Assembly (NCBI GenBank): GCA_032718475.1
Contig: JAUCBJ010005798.1
Span: 1 to 52,749 of the forward strand
Reading direction: 5' to 3'
Origin: Nemertoderma westbladi
Taxonomy: Eukaryota > Animalia > Xenacoelomorpha
DNA length: 52,749 bases
How positions within the stretch are numbered: the stretch's first letter is position 1; each line of letters starts with the position of its first letter. Positions 22,801 to 34,988 of this stretch are shown here, piece by piece. The position numbers and the translations under genes are program-made. The notes beneath the pieces were generated by a model. The model ran no database searches and was not told the DNA's origin. It saw only the letters and a program-made list of their open reading frames with translations.

Positions 22801-25800
22801 AGCAGAGCCCGCAATACCTGGCGATATGGACACCTAAAGTATATGGGGAATATTATACTGTCGGCCTACAGTAGGTACTAATAAGGAGAGTAGCAGAGCC
22901 CGCAATACCTGGCGATATGGATACCTAAAGTATATGGGGAATATTATACTGTCGGCCTACAGTAGGTACTAATAGGGAGAGTAGCAGAGCCCGCAATACC
23001 TGGCGATATGGATACCTAAAGTATATGGGGAATATTATACTGTCGGCCTACAGTAGGTACTAATAGGGAGAGTAGCAGAGCCCGCAATACCTGGCGATAT
23101 GGATACCTAAAGTATATGAGTAATATTATACTGTCGGCCTACAGTAGGTACTAATAGGGAGAGTAGCAGAGCCCGCAATACCTGGCGATATGGATACCTA
23201 AAGTATATGGGGAATATTATACTGTCGGCCTACAGTAGGTACTAATAAGGAGAGTAGCAGAGCCCGCAATACCTGGCGATATGGATACCTAAAGTATATG
23301 GGGAATATTATACTGTCGGCCTACAGTAGGTACTAATAGGGAGAGTAGCAGAGCCCGCAATACCTGGCGATATGGATACCTAAAGTATATGAGTAATATT
23401 ATACTGTCGGCCTACAGTAGGTACTAATAAGGAGAGTAGCAGAGCCCGCAATACCTGGCGATATGGATACCTAAAGTATATGGGGAATATTATACTGTCG
23501 GCCTACAGTAGGTACTAATAAGGAGAGTAGCAGAGCCCGCAATACCTGGCGATATGGATACCTAAAGTATATGAGTAATATTATAGTGTCGGCCTACAGT
23601 AGGTACTAATAGGGAGAGTAGCAGAGCCCGCAATACCTGGCGATATGGATACCTAAAGTATATGAGTAATATTATACTGTCGGCCTACAGTAGGTACTAA
23701 TAAGGAGAGTAGCAGAGCCCGCAATACCTGGCGATATGGATACCTAAAGTATATGGGGAATATTATACTGTCGGCCTACAGTAGGTACTAATAAGGAGAG
23801 TAGCAGAGCCCGCAATACCTGGCGATATGGATACCTAAAGTATATGGGGAATATTATACTGTCGGCCTACAGTAGGTACTAATAAGGAGAGTAGCAGAGC
23901 CCGCAATACCTGGCGATATGGATACCTAAAGTATATGGGGAATATTATACTGTCGGCCTACAGTAGGTACTAATAAGGAGAGTAGCAGAGCCCGCAATAC
24001 CTGGCGATATGGATACCTAAAGTATATGAGTAATATTATACTGTCGGCCTACAGTAGGTACTAATAAGGAGAGTAGCAGAGCCCGCAATACCTGGCGATA
24101 TGGATACCTAAAGTATATGGGGAATATTATACTGTCGGCCTACAGTAGGTACTAATAAGGAGAGTAGCAGAGCCCGCAATACCTGGCGATATGGATACCT
24201 AAAGTATATGGGGAATATTATACTGTCGGCCTACAGTAGGTACTAATAAGGAGAGTAGCAGAGCCCGCAATACCTGGCGATATGGATACCTAAAGTATAT
24301 GGGGAATATTATACTGTCGGCCTACAGTAGGTACTAATAAGGAGAGTAGCAGAGCCCGCAATACCTGGCGATATGGATACCTAAAGTATATGGAGTAATA
24401 TTATACTGTCGGCCTACAGTAGGTACTAATAAGGAGAGTAGCAGAGCCCGCAATACCTGGCGATATGGATACCTAAAGTATATGGGGAATATTATACTGT
24501 CGGCCTACAGTAGGTACTAATAAGGAGAGTAGCAGAGCCCGCAATACCTGGCGATATGGATACCTAAAGTATATGGGGAATATTATACTGTCGGCCTACA
24601 GTAGGTACTAATAAGGAGAGTAGCAGAGCCCGCAATACCTGGCGATATGGATACCTAAAGTATATGGGGAATATTATACTGTCGGCCTACAGTAGGTACT
24701 AATAAGGAGAGTAGCAGAGCCCGCAATACCGGGCGATATGGATACCTAAAGTATATGGGGAATATTATACTGTCGGCCTACAGTAGGTACTAATAATGAG
24801 AGTAGCAGAGCCCGCAATACCTGGCGATATGGATACCTAAAGTATATGAGTAATATTATACTGTCGGCCTACAGTAGGTACTAATAAGGAGAGTAGCAGA
24901 GCCCGCAATACCTGGCGATATGGATACCTAAAGTATATGAGTAATATTATACTGTCGGCCTACAGTAGGTACTAATAAGGAGAGTAGCAGAGCCCGCAGT
25001 ACCTGGCGATATGGATACCTAAAGTACATGAGTAATATTATACTGTCGGCCTACAGTAGGTACAGTACTAATAAGGAGAGTAGCAGAGCCCGCAATACCT
25101 GGCGATATGGATACCTAAAGTATATGAGTAATATTATAGTGTCGGCCTACAGTAGGTACTAATAGGGAGAGTATCAGAGCCCGCAATACCTGGCGATATG
25201 GATACCTAAAGTATATGAGTAATATTATACTGTCGGCCTACAGTAGGTACTAATAAGGAGAGTAGCAGAGCCCGCAATACGTGGCGATATGGATACCTAA
25301 AGTATATGAGTAATATTATAGTGTCGGCCTACAGTAGGTACAGTACTAATAAGGAGAGTAGCAGAGCCCGCAATACCTGGCGATATGGATACCTAAAGTA
25401 TATGAGTAATATTATAGTGTCGGCCTACAGTAGGTACTAATAGGGAGAGTAGCAGAGCCCGCAATACCTGGCGATATGGATACCTAAAGTATATGAGTAA
25501 TATTATAGTGTCGGCCTACAGTAGGTACAGTACTAATAAGGAGAGTAGCAGAGCCCGCAATACCTGGCGATATGGATACCTAAAGTATATGAGTAATATT
25601 ATACTGTCGGCCTACAGTAGGTATAATAAGGAGAGTAGCAGAGCCCGCAATACCTGGCGATATGGATACCTAAAGTATATGAGTAATATTATACTGACGG
25701 CCTACAGTAGGTACTAATAAGGAGAGTAGCAGAGCCCGCAATACCTGGCGATATGGATACCTAAAGTATATGAGTAATATTATAGTGTCGGCCTACAGTA

Positions 25801-26048
25801 GGTACAGTACTAATAAGGAGAGTAGCAGAGCCCGCAATACCTGGCGATATGGATACCTAAAGTATATGAGTAATATTATACTGTCGGCCTACAGTAGGTA
25901 CTAATAAGGAGAGTAGCAGAGCCCGCAATACCTGGCGATATGGATACCTAAAGTATATGAGTAATATTATACTGTCGGCCTACAGTAGGTACTAATAAGG
26001 AGAGTAGCAGAGTCCGCAATACCTGGCGGTATGGATACCTAAAGTATA
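19791..26048 (-). repeat. 91-bp tandem array (~69 units) = intron 3' end plus first 40 nt of exon 4
   Basis: Period 91 (19791, 19882, 19973, ...). Highly homogeneous, with a few variants (ATGAGTAA/ATGGGGAA, GGATAC/GGACAC, +6-nt insertions near 25060-25810). Confidence 0.97.
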
Positions 26049-26407
26049 CAATGACCCGTAATATAGTGTCACTTTCTGATGACACGGACCCCCCCCCCCC
26101 CCCCCCCCCCCCACAAATTTTTCTACAAATCTTTATCATTTTGCTTGAAATTTGAAGCACAACTAGTTCAACTCACCGTGGTTGTTACCATGAAGCCGGA
26201 ATTTTCGATTTCGCCTTTAAATTTTATTTATAAGCGTTTTAATAAAGTGTCTTTTGCGAAATCGCACCCTCTGTATCATTGCCATTCTTCACTTTAGTCG
26301 TAATTTTTTCACATCAATAGAAAGCTTCGTTGCAAGGATTCCAAATATGTAGCAATATCTGAATTTCGTTGAGAAACAGCTGAGAAATAGTTGTTCAAGT
26401 TCATAGT

Positions 26408-26874
26408 TATTCTGGTACATGGACACCCCACCCCCCCCCCCCAAAATTTTTTACAAATCTTAATGAGATTGCATGAAATTTGAAACAGAGTTAGTTTCAC
26501 CTCCCTCCTCCTTACTGGGTGAGCAGGAATTTTTAATTTCACTTTCGTTCTTTAGCTACAAACGTTTAAAAAAAGTGTCTCCGTCGATATTGCACCAGTT
26601 ACACCGCAGTTATTCTTCAAACTTTTAGTGATGTTTTGGTACTATTGGAAAGCTGACCGTGCAAGGATTCCAAATAATAACTATGGTGTAACTGGTGCAA
26701 TATCGACTGAGAAACTTTTTTAAAACGTTTGTAGCTAAAGAACGAAAGCGAAAATAAAAATTCTGGCTCACCCAGCAAGGAGGAGGGAGGTGAAACTATA
26801 TCTGTTTCAAATTTCATGCAATCTCATTAAGATTTGTAAAAAAAATTTGGAGGGGGGGGGGAGGGTCCATGTAC
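26408..26874. repeat. Foldback/MITE-like inverted pair (~205-bp arms); older direct copy at about 26083-26350
   Basis: About 26408-26613 is the reverse complement of about 26676-26874. The right arm resumes (CAGAA) at 28511 after the LINE insertion. Confidence 0.8.
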
Positions 26875-28499
26875 TACTAGTATCGGCATGCTGCATTGCA
26901 GCTGCATTTTTAAGAATGCTGTGCCGGCTTGTCGACAAAATTGCGCCGCCACAACTCCCTATCACCCATGACATTTGCTAGATCATCTGCATCTTCAAGG
27001 CCAGTGTCCTTTAAGATGCGTCTCAAGAAAGTCATGGGCTGTCCACCATGCTTATTCACTCCATGAGGCTGCAAAAGTACAAGATTATGCACTGGCTGGT
27101 CCTCACGGCGAAAGCAATGTCCTGCAAAGCGGAGGTGATTTTGTTCTAGTGTCAAGCTTGGGGGAACCAAGGAGACACCTCCAATGTTATATAGTGTCTG
27201 GTTGGAGATGTGTGCATTGTACTTGACACAATGAAACCGGCGTAGCATTCTTGTGAATGTGTCATCCAGAGATTTGGTGTCCTCAGCAGTTAGAGCCCAG
27301 CATGGACTCCCATAGAGGAGTACTGGAACTACTGCTGCTCTAAATAATCGCACCTTAAGTTTCCGATTAATTCTCGGTGACTTACCAAATCCTGGAAAGC
27401 CTATTCAAGGCTGCCCATATTCGAAGGTCCTCACCTGACTTCCGGATCCATGATCCAACGTAACAGAAGTCGTCCACATGCTCAAGCATACCATCCTTTG
27501 AGCTTATGCTCATCCGATCAGAGACATGCTGAGAACTTTCAAAGTTAACTGTCAAAATTGTGGTCTTTCTGGAGTTAATAAAAATACCAATGCTAGAAGC
27601 AGCATGTTCTAATGAGCTGAGGAGCCGTTGGGCTCCCTCTAGTGATTCTGAGAGTACTCCTAAGTCATCAGCAAAGTCTAGATCAGTTAGGTACTTGGCA
27701 GGATTTCCTCGACTTCTGGAGCCATTAGGTGGAGATATCATCACCCCCATCATCATTATGATGATCTAAGGACATGCGTAGAACATAGTCAACCACAATT
27801 AAGAACAAGAATGGTGCAAGTGTGTCTCCCTGGAGGACGCCCCATAACACTTAAAATTGTTCTGTGACACCGTCAACAGTAGACACAAATGTTGTCGAAC
27901 CATCGTATACTGATCTGATTGCTGCAATAATTTCATCAGGAATCCCATATAATGAAAGTATGCTGAACATACGTGAGCGGGAGACTGAATCAAAGGCCTT
28001 GAAGAAGTCAACAAAGATAACAGCCAGATGCCTGTCTTTCTTTTTTGATAACTCTTCAATTATCCTCCTAAGTGCCAAAATGGGTTCCATGGTCCCACGA
28101 CCTTTACGGAACCCATTCTGATTGCCACGGAGCAGTCTCTCAATGGGATCCCTGATGCGATTTAATAGAATTCTATTGTATAGCTTTGTAGCAATCGAGA
28201 TCAATGAGATTCCCCGAAAAGAACCATAGAGTGTTAGGTTGCCCTTCTTGGGAACTGGCACCAACTTAATTGTTTTCATTTCTTGTGGGACTCTTGTTGT
28301 TCGGTACATGTCTACTATGATGGGATAGATGAGCTTTAAACACTCAAGTATTTTAAAGACCTCAGGGGGAACACCATCTACTCCACTGGCACGATTGGTC
28401 TTAATGCTCTTTGCAGCAGCCTTCACTTCTGCAAAGGAGATATCGCCAATGGGAATATCTGGGAGTACAGACTCTGACACTTTTAATCCTGGTTTTACT
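26875..28499 (-). mobile_element. 5'-truncated, disabled RTE-clade LINE (reverse transcriptase region)
   Basis: Motifs ASGVDGVPPE, VPVPKKGNL..FRGISL, QNGFRKGR, FVDFFKAFDSV, GVLQGDTLAPFLF, DLDFADD, LLYGSPCWALT. 11-bp TSD GGTCCATGTAC at 26864-26874 and 28500-28510. Confidence 0.9.
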
Positions 28500-29633
28500 G
28501 GTCCATGTACCAGAACAACGACACTATATTCCAGGACATGGTGTATTTACGTGTTACCTTTTGAGTTCCATTTTAACCCTGTAGTTAACATCTGCCTTTA
28601 ACCCTGTTTTGGCCGGCCTTTGATAATTTTATTGTAATTCTTCTGTATCTTAGAAACAGACTTGTTACGTATAAACCGATATTTTGTGACTTTTCCCAAA
28701 ATTTGATGGATATCTAAAGCAATTACATTAGCAATTAGCAATTTCGTAAGCTCTGTTAGTTTTCGTGTTGTAAGCCCATCCTGGCACCCATCGCCAAACG
28801 CCAATGTTTTTCGTGTTGCTATTTTGAGAAGTATTTTTGGCCGGCTCACGCTTATGGAACGGAAATACAGTAAGACCTACTAGACAATTTCTGGTATTTT
28901 GGTATGTGTGAAATTTGTGGCACTCAATACCGAAAAAGACGTACAAATAGCATAACATTTGCATAATGGTTAAGCATTAAAATAATAGACCAAGTTTGAC
29001 CAAGTTTTTTTTTAATAATAATAATATTATCAAGCTTGGTATCTTCAAATGAATTGGTGAAAATATAATAATTTTGATCCTAACTCATGTTATTGGCTTC
29101 GAAATGTGAAAATGCTAATTTTTTGAAAAAAATATAAAAATAATTAATTAATTTGGTAAAAAAATAGGAAATAATCAATATCAAAAAATTTTCACCAAAA
29201 ACTTTTATTTAACACTATATCCTAATCACATATACGAAATAACTAGATATATAACTAATTTTTGTTCGAAGAGTAATATTTTTAGTAATAGTAATAATTT
29301 TATGCTACTAAATAGCACTAAATTATTATAACTATATTACAAAAAAAATTACCAAAATACAGTATACCAAAAATTATTCATTTTGGACAAAGCCTTGCCC
29401 AGTTACCATTGGTTTTCATTGACTGTGTTAAAATAACGCTAACCCACCCCCCCCCCCCCCCCCCCCTAATACCTCCTGCTATTTTGCCAGTTTATAGCTA
29501 TTCCGAAAACACATGTAGATTTTAGTACCTATATTTTTAGTATATTTTTCCGGAAATTTTCTTTAAAAAACTTATTTCCTGAAAAATCACATCCCTCATT
29601 TTAAAATGTAATATCATCTCGAAATTACAGATA

Positions 29634-29666
<33 letters not shown>

Positions 29667-29927
29667 GGACGCAATAAAAATTAATCCCTCTCCAGGGGAA
29701 ATTCGACGCAAATAACAGCTGATTATTCTCAAAAATAAAACTGTAACCTGTTCTATTGTGCTTAGTTTATTGTTTTGGTTAAAATAACGTGCCACAACTG
29801 TAACCTGCTCCTTTCCCCAAATTGAGAATTTAACATTGAGGCGGGATATTAATTCACAAGGCGGGTTTTGCGTCCAGTTTCCCCCCCTGTCTCCGAAATT
29901 ATTAATTATGACGACTTTCCAACTTAC

Positions 29928-30074
29928 TTCTGATGTGCCCAATTACCGGCGTCGATAAGAAAGAACTTTCTGTTCTGTTCGTCTCGCCAATCAGGAACCA
30001 CAGGGAATCCGTCCAATAAGGCGAGTTTCAAACCCACGTCCTCCACGTGGTAGTTACTGAATAACTCGCGGTTC
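29928..30074 (-). CDS. Clavesin-like gene, coding exon 3
   Basis: tatcttag|G-NRELFSNYHVEDVGLKLALLDGFPVVPDWRDEQNRKFFLIDAGNWAHQ-AA|gtaagt; 147 nt, phase 2-2. Resembles clavesin [32 protein letters not shown]. Confidence 0.92.
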
Positions 30075-30089
30075 CTAAGATACAAAGGT

Positions 30090-30339
30090 AAATAAAGGAC
30101 TATTATTCGATAAAAAAAAGTAAGCGGAAAACACCGCTTTTTTTCACTCATTTCAATTTAGCGAAATTCAACTATTCTGTCCGAGTGGTTTCTAGCACAA
30201 GCGAAGCGAGTGTTACAATGCAAACGAGTGAAAAATCAACACACGAGGGCAGAATATCTGAATTTCGCTAAAGAAAATGAGTGGAAAATAGTGTTTTCCG
30301 TTACCGGTACGTTTTTATATCGAATATATTGTTTTATTT
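30090..30339. mobile_element. Palindromic MITE-like element
   Basis: Arms TATTCGATA..CGGAAAACAC..CACTCATTT..TTTAGCGAAATTCA and TGAATTTCGCTAAA..AAATGAGTG..GTGTTTTCCG..TATCGAATA. Confidence 0.7.
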
Positions 30340-30554
30340 GAAAAAAAATATCACCAGCATTATCAATGTTTACGACGTATAATATTACTATAATTTTAAT
30401 ACGGAATCTCAAATAAATACATAAACTGTACAGTTAAGCTACCCGATAAGCCTCCGTCTACATTATATAATCATTATGTACCAGGAACTTACTCAATTAT
30501 ATGAAAGCATGTATCAAATTGATTATATTGTGTAGTAAATAGTTCAAATAAAAA

Positions 30555-30660
30555 ATTATACAAAAATTAGTTAAAAAAGTAAAAAATTAGTTAAAAAAAG
30601 TGAAAATTAGTTAAAGAAAAGTAAAAATTAGTTAAAAAGTAAAAAACTAATTAAAAACAT
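30555..30660. repeat. Short AT-rich minisatellite AAAAATTAGTTAAAAAAGT, about 5 copies
   Basis: Directly visible tandem copies. Confidence 0.7.
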
Positions 30661-32363
30661 ACTTTTTTCAACTAATTTTCTGGAAATTAGTGAAAAACGT
30701 TAACTTAATTTTAAAAATATTAGTGAGAAAAAGATACTTTTTCAAATAAACATTAAGGCCCGGTTTCTCAAACTAGGTGCCCACTTATCCTAAAATGGCC
30801 ACTTAATAATTGTAAATGCCCACTTTGTTAAATGGACACTTAGTTTAAGTTAAGTGTTTGTTTCTTATATAAAGATAACGAGCACTTATCTAAGTGGCCA
30901 CTTTAATAATCTAAGGTTAAATTTATCCTAAACTGAAAGTTTAGTTCAGTAGACTGGACCGGTAGCTAACACGTTCGTGGGGCCATCACGCAGGACGATG
31001 GTCAGTTACTAGAAACAGATTAAAATTGAGCAATTCTATCCCAAAAGGGGTACTTAAGAAATTTAAATAAATAATTAAGAAAATATAACCACACTTTTAC
31101 TTTTAAAAAAACTTTCGCATTGGCAGCTTGGCATCGATGTCATCGACAGTCAAATTACTCAAAAAATTCAATGCATTCTTCAGTCCTCGGGTTTCGCTCA
31201 TCGGTTATTCCAGTTTGGCCGTAGCGCTAGCGCAGTAGCAATACCAAAAGTCGAGGTCGCCAACGACACTGCGACAGACAGAAGCGGTGGCCTTGATGGC
31301 GAGTTTTTTTGAGTTTCGGTACAATTCCAAGACGTTGCTTGTTATTGCAGTATTGGGCTGTTGGGGTACCTAGTGCAGTAGTGGATACCGGAACATGGAA
31401 TTAAGGTCAGCTGGTACAACCTGACAATATTTCCGTCTGTCTTAAGTCCGCATAATTTCAAAACTTCCATGGCTGCATGGTTGCCGTTGCCGAGCATGAT
31501 TGGCGGGTGGCGACAACGACCTGAAGATGGTACCGGTAACTCTGTACCACTGTAACAGTACCGGTACCGTACTAAAACATATGTTTAATAAGATTAATGT
31601 ACCGTACCGTACCGGTAGATGATATGGCTGAATAGTCGCGATATCGCAATTCAGACATCACTCAGGCAATTGCAGGACTCCACGGTGAAATAGGCCTACC
31701 ACACTTCCCATGGCCACAATATTGCTGAGTTGTACCGGCATTGCTGAATTTCAAACCCACTTGATATATCCTACAGTCTCCTAGCAACCAGCTGATGCCA
31801 AGCCTGATGCTGCACGAAGACCCCACGCAAAATCAACTTGGAAAATTTCTAAACTTTTGCCAGACTACACATGTCCAAGTTTGGATATATTTTATCGAGA
31901 TTTGGCTGAGTTATTAACGTTTAAAATTGGACACAACAGAAGAATAACAGATCAACAGAGCAACAGACACACCGATTGAGTTAGTGGTTGGTACCTGTAT
32001 GCTAAGCTCGCTTACTTTCGTCGCTCGCCCCACAGTTCATTCAGTTAAATATGTTCATATGTGAATGGGAGACTTGAAATACAAGCGCGCAAAGTTTGAA
32101 CTTTGCACCCGGTTAACTTGGCAACTACAGGATAAAAATTCCAGAAAGACATTTAAATACATTTCTACGTACCCTAGTCATCATATTATCCACCTAACAA
32201 AAGTAGCACATAAGAAGTCTCTAAGGAAATATTATGTAAAAGTGCCGTAAGGGAAACGATCGGCCTCCGCTAATTTCAGCAATCCGCTCACTGCATGACC
32301 TGTTATTTAGTATACCTTGATTGATCTCCAGTAATGGGATCTTGTCGCCCTACAATTCTATAT

Positions 32364-34520
32364 GGTCAATTCCATGGTGTCGGACGTTGGGGCAAACCCA
32401 AATTTTCGGTTGTTTTTTACTATTTGTAGGAAGTTGTTAATTCAAGGTCAATCAGAGTAATGCTTATACTACCCCAAATTCGAAGCTCTATATGAGAACA
32501 CATAATGAGTCCACTGAAAACTACTAGAGTTCTAGAAATTCGAGTTTAAAAAGTGGGTGTCGGACGTTTGAGTTTTGGGACAGTAATTTTTGGCTAAAAA
32601 TTAAAACATTCGTGTAACAGTGCCGATGAGAGCTTTTGCAAATTTTGGCTAACCACAGTGATCAGCAACTATTTGGCTACCTATTATTAATCCAACCTTT
32701 GTAATATCCTAAATCTAACATACAGTTTTTGTAGTTTGATTGGAATTGAAATGGTGTCGGACGTTTGGTGTCGGACGTTTGGATTTGCCCACTAATCCAG
32801 GTTCTTTTATTTGTACTTTGTTGGTAATGAATGCGAGGGTTCATATTCGCTTTGTCTTAAACAACATCTCTGCTTTACGGGGGTAGAAAAATAAAATAAT
32901 TTCGTTCACAACTTTTCAAACTATGGCATGTTTATCGAACTGTACATTTTTTTATCACTTATTTCTCGAAAACTTTTTATGTGGTGCTAAATGGTTAAAT
33001 TATGGTTAACCACAATAATCTGCAACTATGTGTTTAACTAATATATATCAAACTTTTGTAATATCATCAATCTAACGCACAGTTTTTGCAGTTTGATTGT
33101 AAATTAAATGGTGTCGGACGTTTTGTGTCGGAATTATGGTGTCGGACGTTCCAATTATAACAGACTTATCCAGATTCTTATATTTGTACTAATGTGGATA
33201 AATCAATGGAAGTATCGTCCCGTGCTGTTACCCCCCTCCCACCGTCGCACTTAGCGATTCCCCCCCCCCCCCCCCCCCCCCCCCCCCACCCCCATTCCTG
33301 TTACCCCCCACCCACCAAACACATACAATATTTCAAAATGTTTCAATCTAGATTACTGATAAGCAAAAACATACTATTATTTTTCTCTCCAAAACAATAA
33401 ACAGATGTTACCAATTTGGGGAAAAGAGCAAGTTATGGAGACGGTAAAAATAAGCAATGATGTTATCAAATGAGGGAAATGAGTAATAATACAATTATAT
33501 ACATGGGCTAACAGGAATGTGGGGGGGGGGGGTAACATTACTTGAGTCTTGAGCGCGACAACATTTATAACAATGACCCATCTTGAAAGTCAAATCATTG
33601 GCCTAACGAAACAGGTAACAGGTAGCAACAGTCAAATAGTAATAGTGATGGTAATACCAACGACTATTCGACATGCTTATCGAATTATAATTAAATTGTT
33701 GTTCATTGCCGTTACCCTATGGATTCAGTTTGATAGATCTTCATTCCAAAAGTGGGAATCTCGAAACGGTATGTAGGCCTACTAAGGACTCTGGCTTTTC
33801 CCCCAGTTTTATGTGACATGTGTCGGACGTTAAAGTATCACAATATTTCTTAACACCTGTTAAACTCCGAATACAAAAGCGACACCTATTTTGACGCGTA
33901 AAATCCGGTTAAAGCTAAAATAATGTTTTACATCAATCACATTTACAGTTACTGTAGATATAATTTCTGGTGTTGGACGTTTGTCAAACAAAAGGTGCAT
34001 ACTTGGGCTTCTGTACAAGCCTGTTGCCAAGAGCAACAACCAATAACAGAGGTTTTTAGTTCGGCACTGCAATAACTTCCGCATAATCAGCTCTATTTAA
34101 TTGGCCGGGTAAATAGAAAGAAAATTGTGAAAAAAATGTGTCGAACTTTTGTGAAATTTACTCGAGTTTATTGAACACCAAATCTTCGTAAAAAGCAAGT
34201 ATGGACTACAACTTGGTAATAGCTTAATTGATGCAGTAATAGATGGCCTTTTTATTGTTACCGAAGATATCAATTTACACCAAGTAGGCCTACTTCAGAA
34301 ATTATGACGGATCATAAATCGACTTATTTTTGAGGATTTATCTCAAAAAAAGAGATAGTCTCATTCATTTTGCAAAATCTGTAAAAACGGCCCTAGTGAT
34401 GACTTTTTAAATATAATACAGTATTCATAATCTATGATATAAATGGGACCAGAAAGTCTATTCAGTGACAAGAAATTATGAATTTTATTTTTTAACTTTC
34501 CCTTTCTTATGGAATTGACC
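32364..34520. mobile_element. Non-autonomous DNA transposon, superfamily unassigned
   Basis: 12-bp TIR GGTCAATTCCAT / ATGGAATTGACC flanked by ATAT on both sides; at least 7 internal TGTCGGACGTT motifs; internal direct repeat at about 32650-32810 and 33005-33190. Confidence 0.7.
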
Positions 34521-34988
34521 ATATCCGAATCGGGGTTAGCCATAATAACTACTCACACGGTGCGGGAGTACTCAACTCATTACGCAAACAAGGTTAATCC
34601 GACTTCTGGGGGAAGAGCCACACTTTTCCTTAAATTGATAATTAACATTGTGAATTCGTCGAGAAGATTATATTACAGTAATTCACCGAAATGGGGGATT
34701 TGTCTCAATACCCCCCCCCCCCCCCCCCCACCCCCCCCCCCCACCCCCCCCCCAACCCCCCCCCCCCAACCACCCCCCCCCCCCCCACACACACTCACCA
34801 GTTGTGGGGTTCTTCAAAGTTGAGAGATCTAGTTAGATTTTTACAAAACAATTAAAAAACAGTTTGTTGCATGACTGAAATAACACAACTAAGAATTGAA
34901 CGCATTGAAACATGTTGACTCAATAAAAATATTGACCAATAGTAAATTAAGTTTATAAATATAAAATAAGATATTAATTGTCACTCAC

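Noticed and set aside
25493-25717. 74-aa plus-strand ORF in the 91-bp array
   Set aside because: Chance read-through from indel variants of the unit; antisense to the real exon-derived frame.
30075-30100. Acceptor-derived arrays at exons 2, 3 and 5
   Set aside because: The sequence upstream of these acceptors (35148, 30075, 19246) shows no exon-start duplications; the pattern is limited to exons 4 and 6.
30757-30930. PIF/Harbinger-like left end (TAA GGCCCGGTTTCTCAAA with CCACTT repeats)
   Set aside because: No matching right TIR was found in the window, so the boundaries and identity cannot be supported.
33194-34823. Poly-proline ORFs and long C/G runs (also 14631, 26089, 29446, 29634)
   Set aside because: These are homopolymer tracts within repeat elements and their lengths are error-prone; neither proteins nor G-quadruplex function can be supported.
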